From NCBI RefSeq assembly GCF_006345805.1, contig NW_021832533.1, positions 1 to 64,000 on the forward strand: a stretch of 64,000 nt of DNA, read 5' to 3'. The notes under the pieces were generated by a model. The model saw nothing but the letters and a program-made list of their open reading frames with translations. It was not told the DNA's origin and searched no databases. The DNA is from Octopus sinensis. Lineage: Eukaryota. The position numbers and the translations under genes were made by a program. Below are positions 16,402-29,559 of this stretch, in pieces. Each line of letters begins with the position of its first letter. The stretch's first letter is position 1.

Positions 16402-18571
16402 CAGACGTCACCAAACTACGGCCCGCGGGCCGGATCCGGCCCGCGACAACATTTTATCCGGCCCGCGCACTATTTCGAGATATTCAATTAATACCTTAAT
16501 AATTAACTTAAATAAAAACTTTAATTAAAAAATTAAACTATTTGCAAGATTTAATTCGAAAAAAACTTATCAGCATTAACGTTAAATTTTTCTTTGTTGC
16601 TATGTCTAATATGAAAAGAAAGGTTGACCGCGAATGCCGTGTATTCAATAAATTATGGGAATTGAAGTATTTTTTTGCGAAAGATGAATTAAAGCAGAAA
16701 GCTTATTGTTTAATATGCCACGAACATCTCTCTGTTATGAAGGAGTATAACATTCGACGTCATTATGAAACGAATCATGCTCCGATATATTCCAAGTACA
16801 CTGGAAAGCTACGTGAGGATAAAGTTGAATCACTGAAACGCACTTTACAAATTCAACAAGGCCTTATAAAAAAAAATTTGAAAATAATGAAAATGTAACA
16901 AGAGCTGGATACGAGATAACGCAAATTATTTCACAACACGGGAAACCCTTTAGTGATGGGATGTATATCAAAAATTGCATTATTGAAGCAGTTAATTGTT
17001 TGTGCCCACTAAATTCTTCCTTATTTGATGGAATAAGTTTGTCGGCGAGTTCTGTATCACGGAGAACTGAAGAGCTTGGAAAAAATATATATTTACAAAT
17101 TTGTGAAAAGACAAGTAATATGTTGTGGTATTCTCTTGCATTGGATGAGTCAGTTGACATTTCGGGAACATCGCAACTTCTTATTTTTATTCGTGGAGTT
17201 GATGAGAATATTTCCATAACTGAAGAACTGGCATCTGTTTGTTCTATTCATGGAACAACCACTGGAAAAGATATTTTTAATGAATTGGAACAAACTATAA
17301 GTGACTATAACCTTGAATGGGAGAAACTGAGTTGTGTTACGATTGACGGGGCAAAGAATATGGCTGGTTCTAAAAAGGGTCTAGTTGGGCAAATAACTAA
17401 TAAATTGGAGGAATTACATATTTCAAACACTTTGTTCATTCATTGCATCCTTCATCAGCACGCACTATGTGCGAAGGCTCTTAATATTTCATGTGTGTTG
17501 AATCCAGTTATTCGCATAATAAACTTTGTTCGAGGGAGCTCACTTAATCACCGTCAGTTTAAAGTTTTACTTGACGATTTTGGATCTGAATATTTTGACT
17601 TACCATATTACACTGCAGTTAGATGGCTTAGCTGTGGTAATGTATTAAATAGATTTTATAAACTCCGAAGTGAGATTGATATTTTTCTAACCAGTAAAAA
17701 TAACTATTATCCCGAATTATCAGATCTTGCTTGGCTATCAAAATTATCATTTTTGGTTGATGTTACAACTCACATGAATGAGCTAAATCTGAAATTACAA
17801 GGAAAGGAAAACTTAATTTGTGATTTCTACAGGATAATTAAAGCATTTCGACAAAAATTGATGTTATTCGAGTCACAACTTGGAGTACGTCAGTTTTCAC
17901 ACTTTTCTTGTTTTAAAAGTTTTTGTGAGGCAAACTGTAATGAGATCGACATTACTTTCCAAATTGGAATTATCAAAGAATTAAAACATCATTTTTTACA
18001 TAAGTTTTCTGAACTTGACAAAATTGAAAGCGATATAATTTTGTTCGAAAATCCATTTTCTTGTAATGTTGAAAATGTTCAACATGAATTACAATTAGAA
18101 GTTATTGACTTACAATCAAATGAACAGCTCAAAGATTGTCACAGACGGACCAAACTCGCTGAGTTCTACGAATATCTCAAGGATGGTGAGTTTCCGAGAC
18201 TAAAGAATTTTGCGATAAAGATGATTTCTATATTTGGCACAACTTACCAATGTGAGCAAACGTTTTCGAGGATGAAATATGTTAAGTCTGCCCATCGTGC
18301 AAGATTGACTGACGGACACTTAAAATCAATTCTCATGATAGGATGCAGCAATTTAAAACCAAATATTGATGAACTTATCAAAAAAAGATCACAGTTCCAT
18401 AGCTCTCATTAAAATTTTTGTTTACTTTATTTTTGTTTAAATTAGTTTTTATTGTAAAAAACACACTTATGAATTTCTAGTAAAATTATAATCCTATGCA
18501 CGTGCTCCGGCCCGCGTTCATTGTGTTGGGGTCAATCCGGCCCGCGAGTGCAAAAAGTTTGGTGACCCCTG
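16402..18571 (+). mobile_element. Full-length hAT transposon (GTF2IRD2/SPIN-like)
   Basis: TIRs CAGACGTCACCAAACT / AGTTTGGTGACCCCTG; 8-bp TSD CATTAGAG (16394-16401, 18572-18579); GGCCCG subterminal motifs; empty site visible near 39830 and 45005. Confidence 0.95.
16602..18412 (+). CDS. hAT transposase with one frameshift in an A-run at about 16868
   Basis: BED finger CLICHE..RRHYETNH, LALDES, IDGAKNM, HCILH, RWLS, FGTTYQCEQTFS; the two ORFs join if one A is added. Confidence 0.85.
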
Positions 18572-19159
18572 CATTAGAGGATGGACTAAATAGTCATCGT
18601 TATTTGAAAGTTTTAGAAGGCGGATGCAGTAGAGAATTTAAAATGGATTCACTTCAATATAATCTTCAATTTAAGTTTTTCTAAAAAATTTTTAAATAAA
18701 TTAGATTGTTTTCATGTTTAAATTGGGAACAATCGAATCTAAAGATGGAGCAACAATAGCTTAAATATTTAGTTCGAATTATTAAAAAAGGGTCATTGAC
18801 GCTGCATCTGTAATCTTGGATTTTCAAATATGCAACAAGATTCAGGAATCACACCGACAATTCGATATTTGGCAGAAGGTTTGTGTCCTCAAACCCGCTT
18901 TCTTCAAAAAATCTTAGCATTGAGGATAATCAGCAAGTCTCCAACGAACCATTCAACCGCCCATTTTTATTTTCACGGAAAATAAGTGCAAAGTAATATA
19001 TATTAGCAAATACAGTTTAATAAATATATTAATTTAATGTCTAACCAGTGAGTTATTTAAAATAAAATATTAGCTTTAATTAGAATGCTTTCACTTGTCC
19101 TACTTTTTGTTCACTTTGTGATCCAAAAAGACTGTGATTTAACAAAACAGTTTTTAAAA

Positions 19160-20448
19160 CAGTTTTTCTACGACCAATCCGCCATTCGCATTCTTAATTC
19201 CAAGAGGAATGCCCTTTCTTCCCTTTGTGATAAACTTGCAGATATTGATCCCCACCCTGCTTATTTCATTCTCAAAAATTATCTTCTGATCCCGAAAATC
19301 AATTATGTCCTAAGGAGTTCCCGCAGCTTTTCTATTCCTATTGCCTTGGATTCTTTCGACGCTCTGGTGCGTTGTTCCGCTGAGAAGATTTTTAATGTCA
19401 AGTTTGATGACGTTGGTTGGTGTCAGGCCAAACTTCCTGTATCCTCTGGCGGTCTGGGGCTTCGCTCCGCGCTCGACCTTTCTCTTCCCGCTTTCCTTTC
19501 ATCTTCTTCAGGATTGTATCTTCTTGTCCATAAGATTCTTGAAAAATCACCCGAATCAACTTTGGACTCTGATATCAATTCTGCACTCTTGCTTTGGAAG
19601 GAAAAGCATTTCGTCTTACCGTCAGAACGATCTCTCCAACGTGAATGGGACAAAATTATTTGTGAATATTACGTTGACTCGTTGGAGCGTCTCTTGGACC
19701 AGCACAGACTAGCTTGCTTCCGTGCCAGTCGCCAACCGTATTCTGGCTCCTGGCTTAACTGCCTTCCCACGACCCATTTGGATACCTGCCTCGACTCTGA
19801 TGCCCTCCGTATTGGAATATGCCTTCGTCTCAGACTACCGATTTGTAATCCCCACCCCTGCCGGTGTGGATCAACGATGGACACATACGGGCTCCATGCT
19901 CTTTCCTGCAAGAAAAGCGCAGGTCGCATACCTCGTCATTCGGCTCTAAACAAGATCATTCTCCATGCCCTCGAAAAGGCAGGGTATCCTTCTGTCCTTG
20001 AGCCAATTGGTCTTGACCGTGGTGATGGAAAAAGGCCTGATGGCTCGACGTTGTTCGCTTTCGACGCTGGTAAACCACTAGTTTGGGATGCCACGTGTGT
20101 TGATTCCTTCTCTAAGTCGGCCATCAACGAATCCGCCTCTCTGCCCGGGTCCCGTGCTAATAGGGCTGAATATACAAAATCCGAAAAATACCGGGGCTTG
20201 TTAGACGGCTTTTGGTTTTGGCCAATTGTTGTTGAGACTTCGTGCGTCTTTGGCACAAAGACAGTTGATCATCTGAAGAAACTTGGCCACCTCTGTTCAT
20301 TACGCTCCAAGGATCCTAGGGAATTTACATTCCTAATCCAAAGGATCCTGTTGGCCGTTGTGCGTGGGAACAGCTGTTCCATCCGGCTTGCTGGCCGATT
20401 AATTTCTGATTAATTTAACCTTTAAACTCTTATAGAAATAAAAAAAAA
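19160..20448 (+). mobile_element. 5'-truncated CRE-like non-LTR retrotransposon (RT tail, zinc knuckle, restriction-like endonuclease)
   Basis: CRCG..D.YGLHALSCK..RH and RGDGKRPDG..WDATCVD motifs; AATAAA plus poly(A); TSD AGTTTTTAAAA (19149-19159, 20449-20459). Confidence 0.88.
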
Positions 20449-20621
20449 AGTTTTTAAAATTGCCTATTTTAAATTAGTTATTTGAACAACTGTGAATTCA
20501 ATGGAGAACATGTTGCGAGACATTCAGTAATAATTACAATTCAACATAACGTTACATTTCCTAATGGAGAAATATTTTCAAATTAAAGAAACTTGGAGAA
20601 ATTGTAATCACTATTTCATTA

Positions 20622-21791
20622 ATGCAAGTGTCTGCCAAGAAACTTGAGAATAGCAAGAACACCGTTGCTAAGATTGTACAAAAATACCGAAAAAACGGAA
20701 TAAACGGCATTTTAAATGGAGAAAGAGGGAGACCGAAAAAGTTATCTATCAGATCTATCCGTCTGATCAGACGTTCTGCTGAAAAAAATCCAAGAATCTC
20801 TTTATCTGCAATTGCAAAACAATTGGAATCTTATTCTGATATTCAAATATCAAAATCTACAATAAAAAAGACACTACATGAATGCAATTTATATGGCCGA
20901 GTACCTCGAAGGAAACCATTATTGTCAAAAAGGCACAAAAGAAACCGTTTACAATTTGCAAAAAAATATGTAAACAAAAATATGGATTTTTGGAATAGAA
21001 TTCTGTGGTCAGATGAGACCAAAATCAATTTGTTCGGATCAGATAAAATTCAGCATGTGTGGCGCAAAAATGGCGATGCACTAAATCCAAAATGCATAGT
21101 AGCTACAATGAAACATGGCGGCGGAAATATAAAGATATGGGGATCTATGAGCTCGCAAGGACCTGGTGAACTTTATATCATAAATGGGATCATGAATGCA
21201 GACATGTACATTAATATACTTGAGGAACAAATGATTCCCTTTATCAACGATCATTCAGGAAATCCGATTTTCCAACAAGATAATGATCCGAAGCATACTG
21301 CAAAGAAGACTAAAAGTTTTTTGACTGAAAAAAATCTTGCAAATGGACTGGCCGAGCATGTCGCCAGATTTAAATCCCATTGAACACCTATGGTGCTATT
21401 TAAAAAGAAAAATTGAAACATTTGACGTCACAAATAAAAACAATCTAAAAAATTTAATTATTGAAGAATGAAAAAAAATTCCAAAGGAAATATGTATCAA
21501 ATTGGTGGAATCAATGACCTCGAGACTAAAAGCAGTCATCAAAAATAAAGGAGGGCACACCAAATACTGACTTTTTAAATGATGTACTATTTATGAGCCG
21601 GCAATTTTTCATGTTTTTGCTCACAGATATAAAATAAATTGATTTTTGGTTTTAAAAAAAATAAAAATCATTAAATCAACTTTAATAAGAACTAAATTGC
21701 ATAAAAATAGTTTAAGTAATTAATTATTAGTATCGAAAATTGATTTTATTTGTCAAAAAGTCAAGGGGTGTAATATTTTTGGACCATACTG
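20622..21791 (+). mobile_element. Tc1 (DD34E) element, 5' end deleted, transposase frameshifted
   Basis: GRPKKLS, WSDETK, QQDNDPKH, and WPSMSPDLNPIEHLW in a shifted frame; right TIR ...TTTTGGACCATACTG followed by TA. Confidence 0.9.
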
Positions 21792-22690
21792 TAGATATGT
21801 TCATATAAGGATTACAAAAGTGACAAAAGTGTCAAAATAAATGGAGATATATTATGGGAGGCAACACTAATCACAGAGGAAGCATATGGTGTGTTAGTTT
21901 ACTCACAATAGATTGCAACCTCTGAAAGCATATGGTGTGTTAGTCTCCGCATCAAGCAATCTTCTATGCAGAGAGGATTGTACCTAATAAAATATTCGGA
22001 TGCCACTAACTAACTTGATTATTCATTCTAATATTTTCTTGTTCCACTTTTTAGCTCTAATTAGTGTTACATGCACTATTCACATAGATTTCAGAAGGAT
22101 AAACATTGAGCAGTAAGATTTGATCCTCTGTAAAATGACCTTCTCGATTGTAATCTTCATTGGTATCTTAATCCTTGAATGAACAGCTATGCAGAATTCT
22201 CTTAACATGCCTTCATTGACATCAATGTGAATTATTTCCATATTTCACTTGTTATCTCTAATTAATGTGAATTGTAAAATCAGTGTCATAGTTAAAGACA
22301 GACATAGACAACATAAGTGACTTATTGTAGTCTATCATGTTTACTATTTTTAAAGGAAATGTCAAGTTACACGACTACAATGGCAATTCGTTATTATGGA
22401 AGAGTGATTCTTGCTTTGATAGTCGAATGACTATTACTTCCGGCCATTCAGTGACATGTATCATTATTATTCACTTAATTTAGTCGTCGACGAGAGGATC
22501 AAAATTTTTCAAATTGCAACAAATGCAATCGTCATCTTTTCAGGTGATTTTATTGTAATGTATCAACTGGTTCAATGCATTCGAGCTATCGTCAGGTGAT
22601 TCTCAACATTTTCAATATTTAGAACAACTTGGGGAGATTCAAATGACCACAAGGATCTCCGAAAAAAATTGATTCGAAGTCACCCCATAC

Positions 22691-23408
22691 CAAGGGTGTC
22701 AAACTTATGTCGCATCAGAGGCCGCATTTTTAAATATTTTCCCTTCTATCAAGAAAATTGCTGATTTCATAACTTTCAGTTACTGTGATTAATTGGTTAC
22801 ATATCAAACAATGTATTTTTGCATCAATCGTTGTACAAAAATGGAAAAGTTCCCATTTTTTGAAACATTCAGTTTTCATCTGACAAAAACAAGTTTTTAG
22901 TTCCAGAAGAAACAAGTGACATAGTCAAACAAGAGTTACAATAAACTAATTATTACAAATGGAGCCAAAAATGTGCTCTGTGCATAGATATTTGGAACAC
23001 GGCACTTAATAGAGAAACAAACTCTGGAAAAAAGTGAATTAATAAGGATGGAGACAAAATAATAACGAGAATATGTAAGAACAGATTATAGGAATCATTT
23101 CAAAAAATGTTACAAAATGATGAAATTTCGGATAATTTAATCATTAAACGAAACTACATCACGAATTATTCCTTCTGAATCCAATTACATGCAAAAATAA
23201 TAACGACGATAATGTAAAAAAAAGCACAACATAAAAATAATCCGTGTGCTTCCACGTGGCACAATTTATTAGGTTTGCCAAGAATAATTGAGATAATTAA
23301 ACAATAATTAATAAAAAATAAGCTTTATTTTAATTAAAACTATTTTATATTTTAAGGGCTCTCGGGTCGCACCTATACATGCAAAGAGCCGCATATTTGA
23401 CACCCCTA
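22691..23408. mobile_element. Non-autonomous hAT derivative
   Basis: Ends CAAGGGTGTCAAAC / TTTGACACCCCT with GCCGCAT subterminal motifs; decayed transposase-like residues (IHCLIC). Confidence 0.6.
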
Positions 23409-25699
23409 GCTTAGACGATTTAAATCTCCAATTTATTATGCCGTAAATTTAAGTTTTTTTATCTATTAGAGAGTGATTTTCGTATTTTTGGATAATCTTG
23501 TACATTTTTCGGTGATTGATCACAATCCTTTCTATGGGCTCAGGCGGTTCTTTTGCAAGAAGTTATGCCACAACTAAGTTTTAACCATATAGTAAATATC
23601 ATCAAGCAAAAGAACAAATTCTAGATATGGCACATCGTGCTATTAAAGAAGCCAGCGTTTTCGATATCCACACTGGAGAGCCCTCTTATTGTGGTTTTTT
23701 TATAATTTATTAGTGCCATCCATTACAATCAATTGAATACAATTTGAAGGTTGTCGCAGTTAACCTGTGCAAGTGAATGTGTCCAAATCTTAGAAATAAA
23801 TCTGATCTTTAGAAATAAAATATGTTTTATTTATAGTATTTTTAGATGTTTTAATATCAATTGTAGCCACACTGCAAAATTTGCGCTTAGGAAATTCTAG
23901 CCCCTATTCTGATTTTTCGTTCAAATCGATAATAAACATTTGATTTCCGCTGTCACGGGAAAAATTTGAAAATTTTTCAAGTACGAAGAAAACTTGAAAG
24001 TTTTTAAAAGACAAATAAACAACTGATCAACTTTTTAAATTAATATACTCCTTGATGTCACAGGTTCTTTGCGAACTGATAAAATATTCAGGCTGCAGAG
24101 CAACAATAAAAGTTATTTGTTATAAATAATCACGAAATGCTTAAAATGCCACAACAGCAATATGAAAATGTAGACACGACAATGAAAAACCGCAGTAAAA
24201 CATAACTGGCTTTAAAGACAAAATTATCAAACATGAAATATGGAGACAACTTAATTCATGATGAAAACACAGCCTCAAAGAATTAGAGAGAAAGGCTTAA
24301 AAAACTATACACACATCGGTTATATGTTTATCAAAATTAACAATTGCACGAAACTAACAAATACCAATTTTTAAGGGTTTTTTACGATAAAAATAAGATC
24401 AGAGATAATCTGTTTAGTTACTATAAATATTCCAGGTTTGTACATCACGTCTTGCTTTAAAAATAGGAAATTTATATACTTAGTTAAAGTAAACAAAACA
24501 GCTGTATTCTCATACGAGTTCTGCCAAGTTGTTTACAGGTAAAAAGAATACTCACTGAATTTATGGCCTGAGTACATTTTATCAAAAAATGAGTAAATTT
24601 TCTTCATTGTTCTTTCTTGTGATCTGAATTTCTTTATTTTAAAACGACAGGAGGAAAGATTATTTTTAGATAATTTCTTTTGGTTTAATTTTCATTTCTT
24701 ATAAGTTTCTACCAGAGAACGAGCATTTTTATTAGCCGTCGCTGACAATGTCACGTGGCATTTTAAGAAAGTCTATAAAGAGTTTTTTCCTTAATATGGT
24801 TTAAGTCGTTCAATTTTTAGTGATTCTTTCATTTTTGATATCATGAGATTTTTTGCCTGACGCTTTTAATTTTTTTTTTTTTTTAAAGTTTTTTTTTTTT
24901 TTTGGTCAAAAAGTTAAATGTAATTAACAAATAGTTATTAACTAACTAAATTTCCGGCCTCGTAAATGGAAACACAGTTTCCACGTACTATGGCCAAGGA
25001 AATCCTTTCGAAAAGCCACTTGGACTCGCGTGGGTCTCCCCGTTTATGGGAGATCATGCTTTAATTGTTCTCATATTTCCATTAACGTCGTTATAATCAA
25101 AGTCTACATAAATTTAAAATTTCTAAACTCCATTTATTTTAGTATTTGGTGATGGTCGTTTGCTAGTTTACTCCACTTTGAATTATTTATAAAATTAAAT
25201 TGGCATGGAAAGTGTGCTATAACAATTTTAGCATCAATTCATTTTCAAACATTAAAAGTCAATGGGATTTTTAGTATTGTAATTCTCTTGCGATTATTTT
25301 GAATTCTGGCTCATATGAGCTTAGTGCTATTCTCGTGTAATCTGCAAGATGCTTATCCCTTAAACGGGTTCTGTATTGAGATTTGATCATCATATATAGA
25401 AGCCAATCGACTGGTTGGCCACCCTTGCCTTAAGGGGTAAATTAAAGGGGTCTTATTTTTTTGGAAGAAAAAGTCAATAAATATTAGATTTCTGTGACAG
25501 CTCGCATTATCCAATATTAAACCACATTTTTTTAATGCGAGAAATAGTACCTCCAATTAATAATTATTTCTTTATAGTTCAATTTTCTCTGATTGTAATA
25601 TGGAATTTAAGGGAAAGTCTTGGTCGAACTCGGGATTTAATGGAGTGGGCGATGGCTGATTGCTAATATTTTTGTAAAATTAAAATCTTATGTTAGAAG

Positions 25700-26543
25700 T
25701 CGATAATCTTTAAAGAAATAAAGATATATAATCGAGTCTAATTATATTTATTAATAATATCTCGAATGAGACAATGAAACCGTCTCGTTTGATTTAACAT
25801 TTAAAGCGAAAACACAATAATTCAATTGGAAAAAAGGCAGACTTTTTTTAGAATTAAAAAAAATTTGAAAATAAAAACACCTTACTGTCAATCTTTAATA
25901 AAAATATATCTCGAAATATCTCTGGATTATTTTATTCATGTAAAGCTGCAAAGATAATTTCAAAAACTGGTTGCATTATTATTTTAAATTATATGTGGGA
26001 CGGAATAGTGTCAAAATACTTCAAAAACCATCTGAAGGTGCTTGGCGTGGAGGACAGGGTGAAAGCATACATCCAGACACTGGTGTTGCGGAAGACCTTG
26101 GAAAGCATGCAAGCCAAGACAAGGCACGGGTTATCAAAGCCTGTTGAAGAGGTTGCCTCTAAATCTAGACCGTGCACCCAACGTGGGCCCCAAGAGGGTG
26201 AGGTTGATGAAATACAACACTACAAATAACGAATAACTATTATTTATTTATTATGCTCATTCGATTGTAGAAAATGTGATCCTTCCTTGTTTAAATTTAT
26301 TCATAAACGATATTTTACAAAAAGATTCTTCAAATATTATAAAGACTATTCCATTAAGTAACGACATTATACGAAGAAGAAAAGATGAAATTCCTGAAAT
26401 TATGATAATATTGTGTTTTCCTACATCATACTGCGTAGAGAAAGGATTCAGCACTTGAATAGCACTATCGGAAAAAAAGAAACAAACTAAACACGAAAAA
26501 TTTCCAAGGAGGCAATACAAAAATAAAGGTTGAGAACCACTGA
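25700..26543 (+). mobile_element. hAT (Buster) relic
   Basis: IPLSNDIIRRR and FPTSYCVEKGFS fragments; right TIR GGTTGAGAACCACTG as in the 27538 element. Confidence 0.6.
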
Positions 26544-26724
26544 TGTAATGAATTAAAATTCCAAAAAAATTCCTCTTTTAGGTAAGACAATACTAAGTAA
26601 AATTAGTTAACTAACTATCTAAAATGAATTCATTATTAGTAATCAAATCAAACAAAACTCAATGAAAAAACTCGATTTTAAGTTAATATTTTAGCATAAA
26701 TCTATACATAAATCTATAATAAAT

Positions 26725-29264
26725 GTCGTGTCTTGTATCGTCCGGGCAGTTTATATTGTCCGGGGTGATGATCTACATTAATCATCTTTAATTATTTGTT
26801 AAACTTATGATTTTTATTGATTTAACCGAAAATCTTACGGAATTAATTAAAAAAATATTTATTTATTTTAATTTATTATTATTGTTTTATCATTAAACGT
26901 TTCCGTTTTCTTGTCTGATGGTTAGGATACTAAAAATTGAGTCGGAAAATCTAGGGTTAGGGCTAGGGCTAGGGTTAGGGTTATGCGCTAAAATTAAAGA
27001 TTTAGAAACCGGGGAAGAAATTAAAATTAGCAAATCAAGAATAAAAAAATTATAAAAATAACTTTAATTTTGAATTAATCTGTTTTTTTAATTCTCTTCT
27101 TTCCATATTTCTTCAAGTAATTTAACGGCAGTATGTTGTCCCCCTCCTCTATATTTGTTTCTTCATAATAAAATAATTCATAGGTTTATATTTTTAAATC
27201 AGAACTGAATGATCGAAGTTTATTCATAAGAACCGTCTTTAAATAATATATATAAAGACTTTAAAAAATTTATTAAATTTATTGTTAATAGAAATTTAAT
27301 TTTTAAAATTTTTAGAAATACAATTCTGCAGCATTTAGAGTAAAGTTAAAAATACAATTTTTTTAGAAAATTCAAAACAATATAATATTTCCGGATTTTT
27401 TCCCGCGATCATGTATAGTTTTGGTAAGATACCTTCCATTACTATGTTCTGAACTCTGTGTTCTTTTTTTATTGTTATTTGTATTCATCTTTGTGTCAAA
27501 GATGTTTAACAAATGATTAAAGATGATTAATGTAGATCAGTGGTTCTCAACCTGGGGTCCGCGAAAGATTCCAGGGGGTCCGCGAGATTTTTCTGAAACT
27601 TTATTTAAATGTTTCTATTTAATGATAACAATTTTAAATTAATATATAATAGAATTAAATCATAATTAATAATATCTCTTTTAGATATATTATAATTTAA
27701 TATATTTTAATATTCAATAATACTGAGGGGGCTAAATAAATTAATATATTTTAATATTCAATAATACTGAGGAGGCTAAATTACTTTAAAGCTGAATGTA
27801 ACTCAATTATTTATAAAAATCGTATATATATTTTTTAGTAAAAGTTAATAAAATTTTTAAGCACGCTATTGATATGAATTCCTCGAATGTTATTAAGATA
27901 CGCAAATATAATCCTGATTATATAAAATATGGGTTTATTTGTATTGATAAAGATGGATTTGAAAGCCCAAAATGTGTTGTGTGCATGAAAATTCTGTCAC
28001 ACAATAGCATGAAACCAACAACTCTTGTGAGACACTTGCGCACATGTCATCCCCATCTAATCCACAAAAATAAGGATTATTTTATTTCTTTGCGTAAAAT
28101 GATGAAAAATCAAGTATTGACTCGTTTCATACAAACTTTGCCTTCTGATAATTCCATGCTATTAGCATCTTACATGATCTCATTACGTATAGCGAAAGAA
28201 AAGAAACCTCATAATATTGCCGAAAAACTGATTCTTCCTTGTTGTAAAGACATAGTACGTACTCTTATTGGCACTCATGCTGAAAATATGATTTCGGAAT
28301 ACCATTATCGAATGATACTGTTCATTGACGAATTTCTGAAATGTCAGAAAATATTAAGTGTCAGGTTATTGATATTATATTATTTATTTCAGGTGGTAGA
28401 ACAAATAAAAACTTCATGCCATCAAAATTTCGCTATACAAGTTGATGAATCCACCGATGTAGCGAACTGTGCTCAATTAATAATATTTGCTCGTTATGTC
28501 TATGACGGAGATTTTAAAGAGGAATTTTTATTTTCCTATTCGCTTGAATCGACCACTAAAGGAGAAGATATTTTTCAAACAATTTCTATGGTTTTTGACA
28601 GTGTTGGGTTATCTTGGAAAAAATAACCGAACTTATTTATGCACATTTAACATATCTTCAACAAGAAGTAAATAAATACTTTCCAGAATTGAACGAAATT
28701 GATTTGAAATTCATTCGTACACCATTCAGTGTTGATCCACGTTTGGTCGATGAAAATATCGAAGAGGCTTTTATTGACATGATCAATAATTCAAACGCAA
28801 AAGATTTGTATGAAAAACTTGCTTTATCAAGATTTTGGTGCGAAATGTGTAAGCATTATCCTTCCGTAAGCGCAAATGCATTAAATTTGTTGCTTATATT
28901 CCCGACAACATATTTATGCGAACATGGCTTCTCAGCACTTCTCAATATATAAAATAATCATCGCGCAAGACTGAATATTGAAGATGACATCAGGGTATGC
29001 TTGTCGACAACCGAGCCTCTTATTGAAAAAATTGCCTCGAAAAAACAATATCAACCTTATCACTAATTTTCTCTATTGATTTAATAATAAATTTTGTTTT
29101 TAGATAAGTAAAATTTTTTTGACAAAAAACTTAATAAATATGTAGGGGGTCCGCGAAATTTTTCATTTACTCACAAGGGGTCCGCGGACAAAAAAGGTTG
29201 AGAACCACTGATGTAGATCATCACCCCGGACGATATAAACGGGCCGGACGCTATAAGACACCAC
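26725..29264. mobile_element. Non-autonomous TIR element (859 bp without the nested hAT) containing a TTAGGG tract
   Basis: About 75-bp imperfect TIRs (right one split by the hAT); 7-bp direct repeat AATAAAT on both sides; TAGGG(T/C) x5 at 26952-26983. Confidence 0.75.
27538..29210 (+). mobile_element. hAT (Buster/ZBED8-like), internally deleted
   Basis: Perfect 16-bp TIR CAGTGGTTCTCAACCT; TSD ATGTAGAT; BED finger, IQVDESTD and FPTTYLCEHGFS fragments. Confidence 0.93.
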
Positions 29265-29559
29265 AATAAATAACAATTAAATACCAATGTGACCCCTGTG
29301 ACTGATGTTTTATGACCAAAGATTCGATATCTGGTCTAAATTTTAGACGACGTTTTGTTACACCTCATATGAACAAACGTGGAGACATAACTCTATTATT
29401 GATCATTATTTCTCGATTAAAAAATACGACGTTGGCCACCTCTGGTATAAGAGATGAATACGTCAGTCACCAGGAGTGGAAAAGTCAAATCGTTAATGCC
29501 AATTAAAAATAATTTTTATATGAAAATCTTTAGTTAAATCAATAGAAAAATATTTCAAC

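Larger units (their letters stand above)
19085..21990 (+). pseudogene. Secreted LRR family copy B, disrupted
   Basis: Exon 1 MLSLVLLFVHFVIQKDCDLT; retroelement in intron 1; exon 2 (about 20479-20606) with TAA; exons 3-6 replaced by a Tc1 remnant; decayed exons 7-8 at about 21810-21990. Confidence 0.8.

Noticed and set aside
25993-26229. 78-aa ORF, perhaps a retroelement 3' end
   Set aside because: No diagnostic motif
26952-26983. True chromosome end or telomere fusion
   Set aside because: Only five units, single orientation, internal to a TIR element
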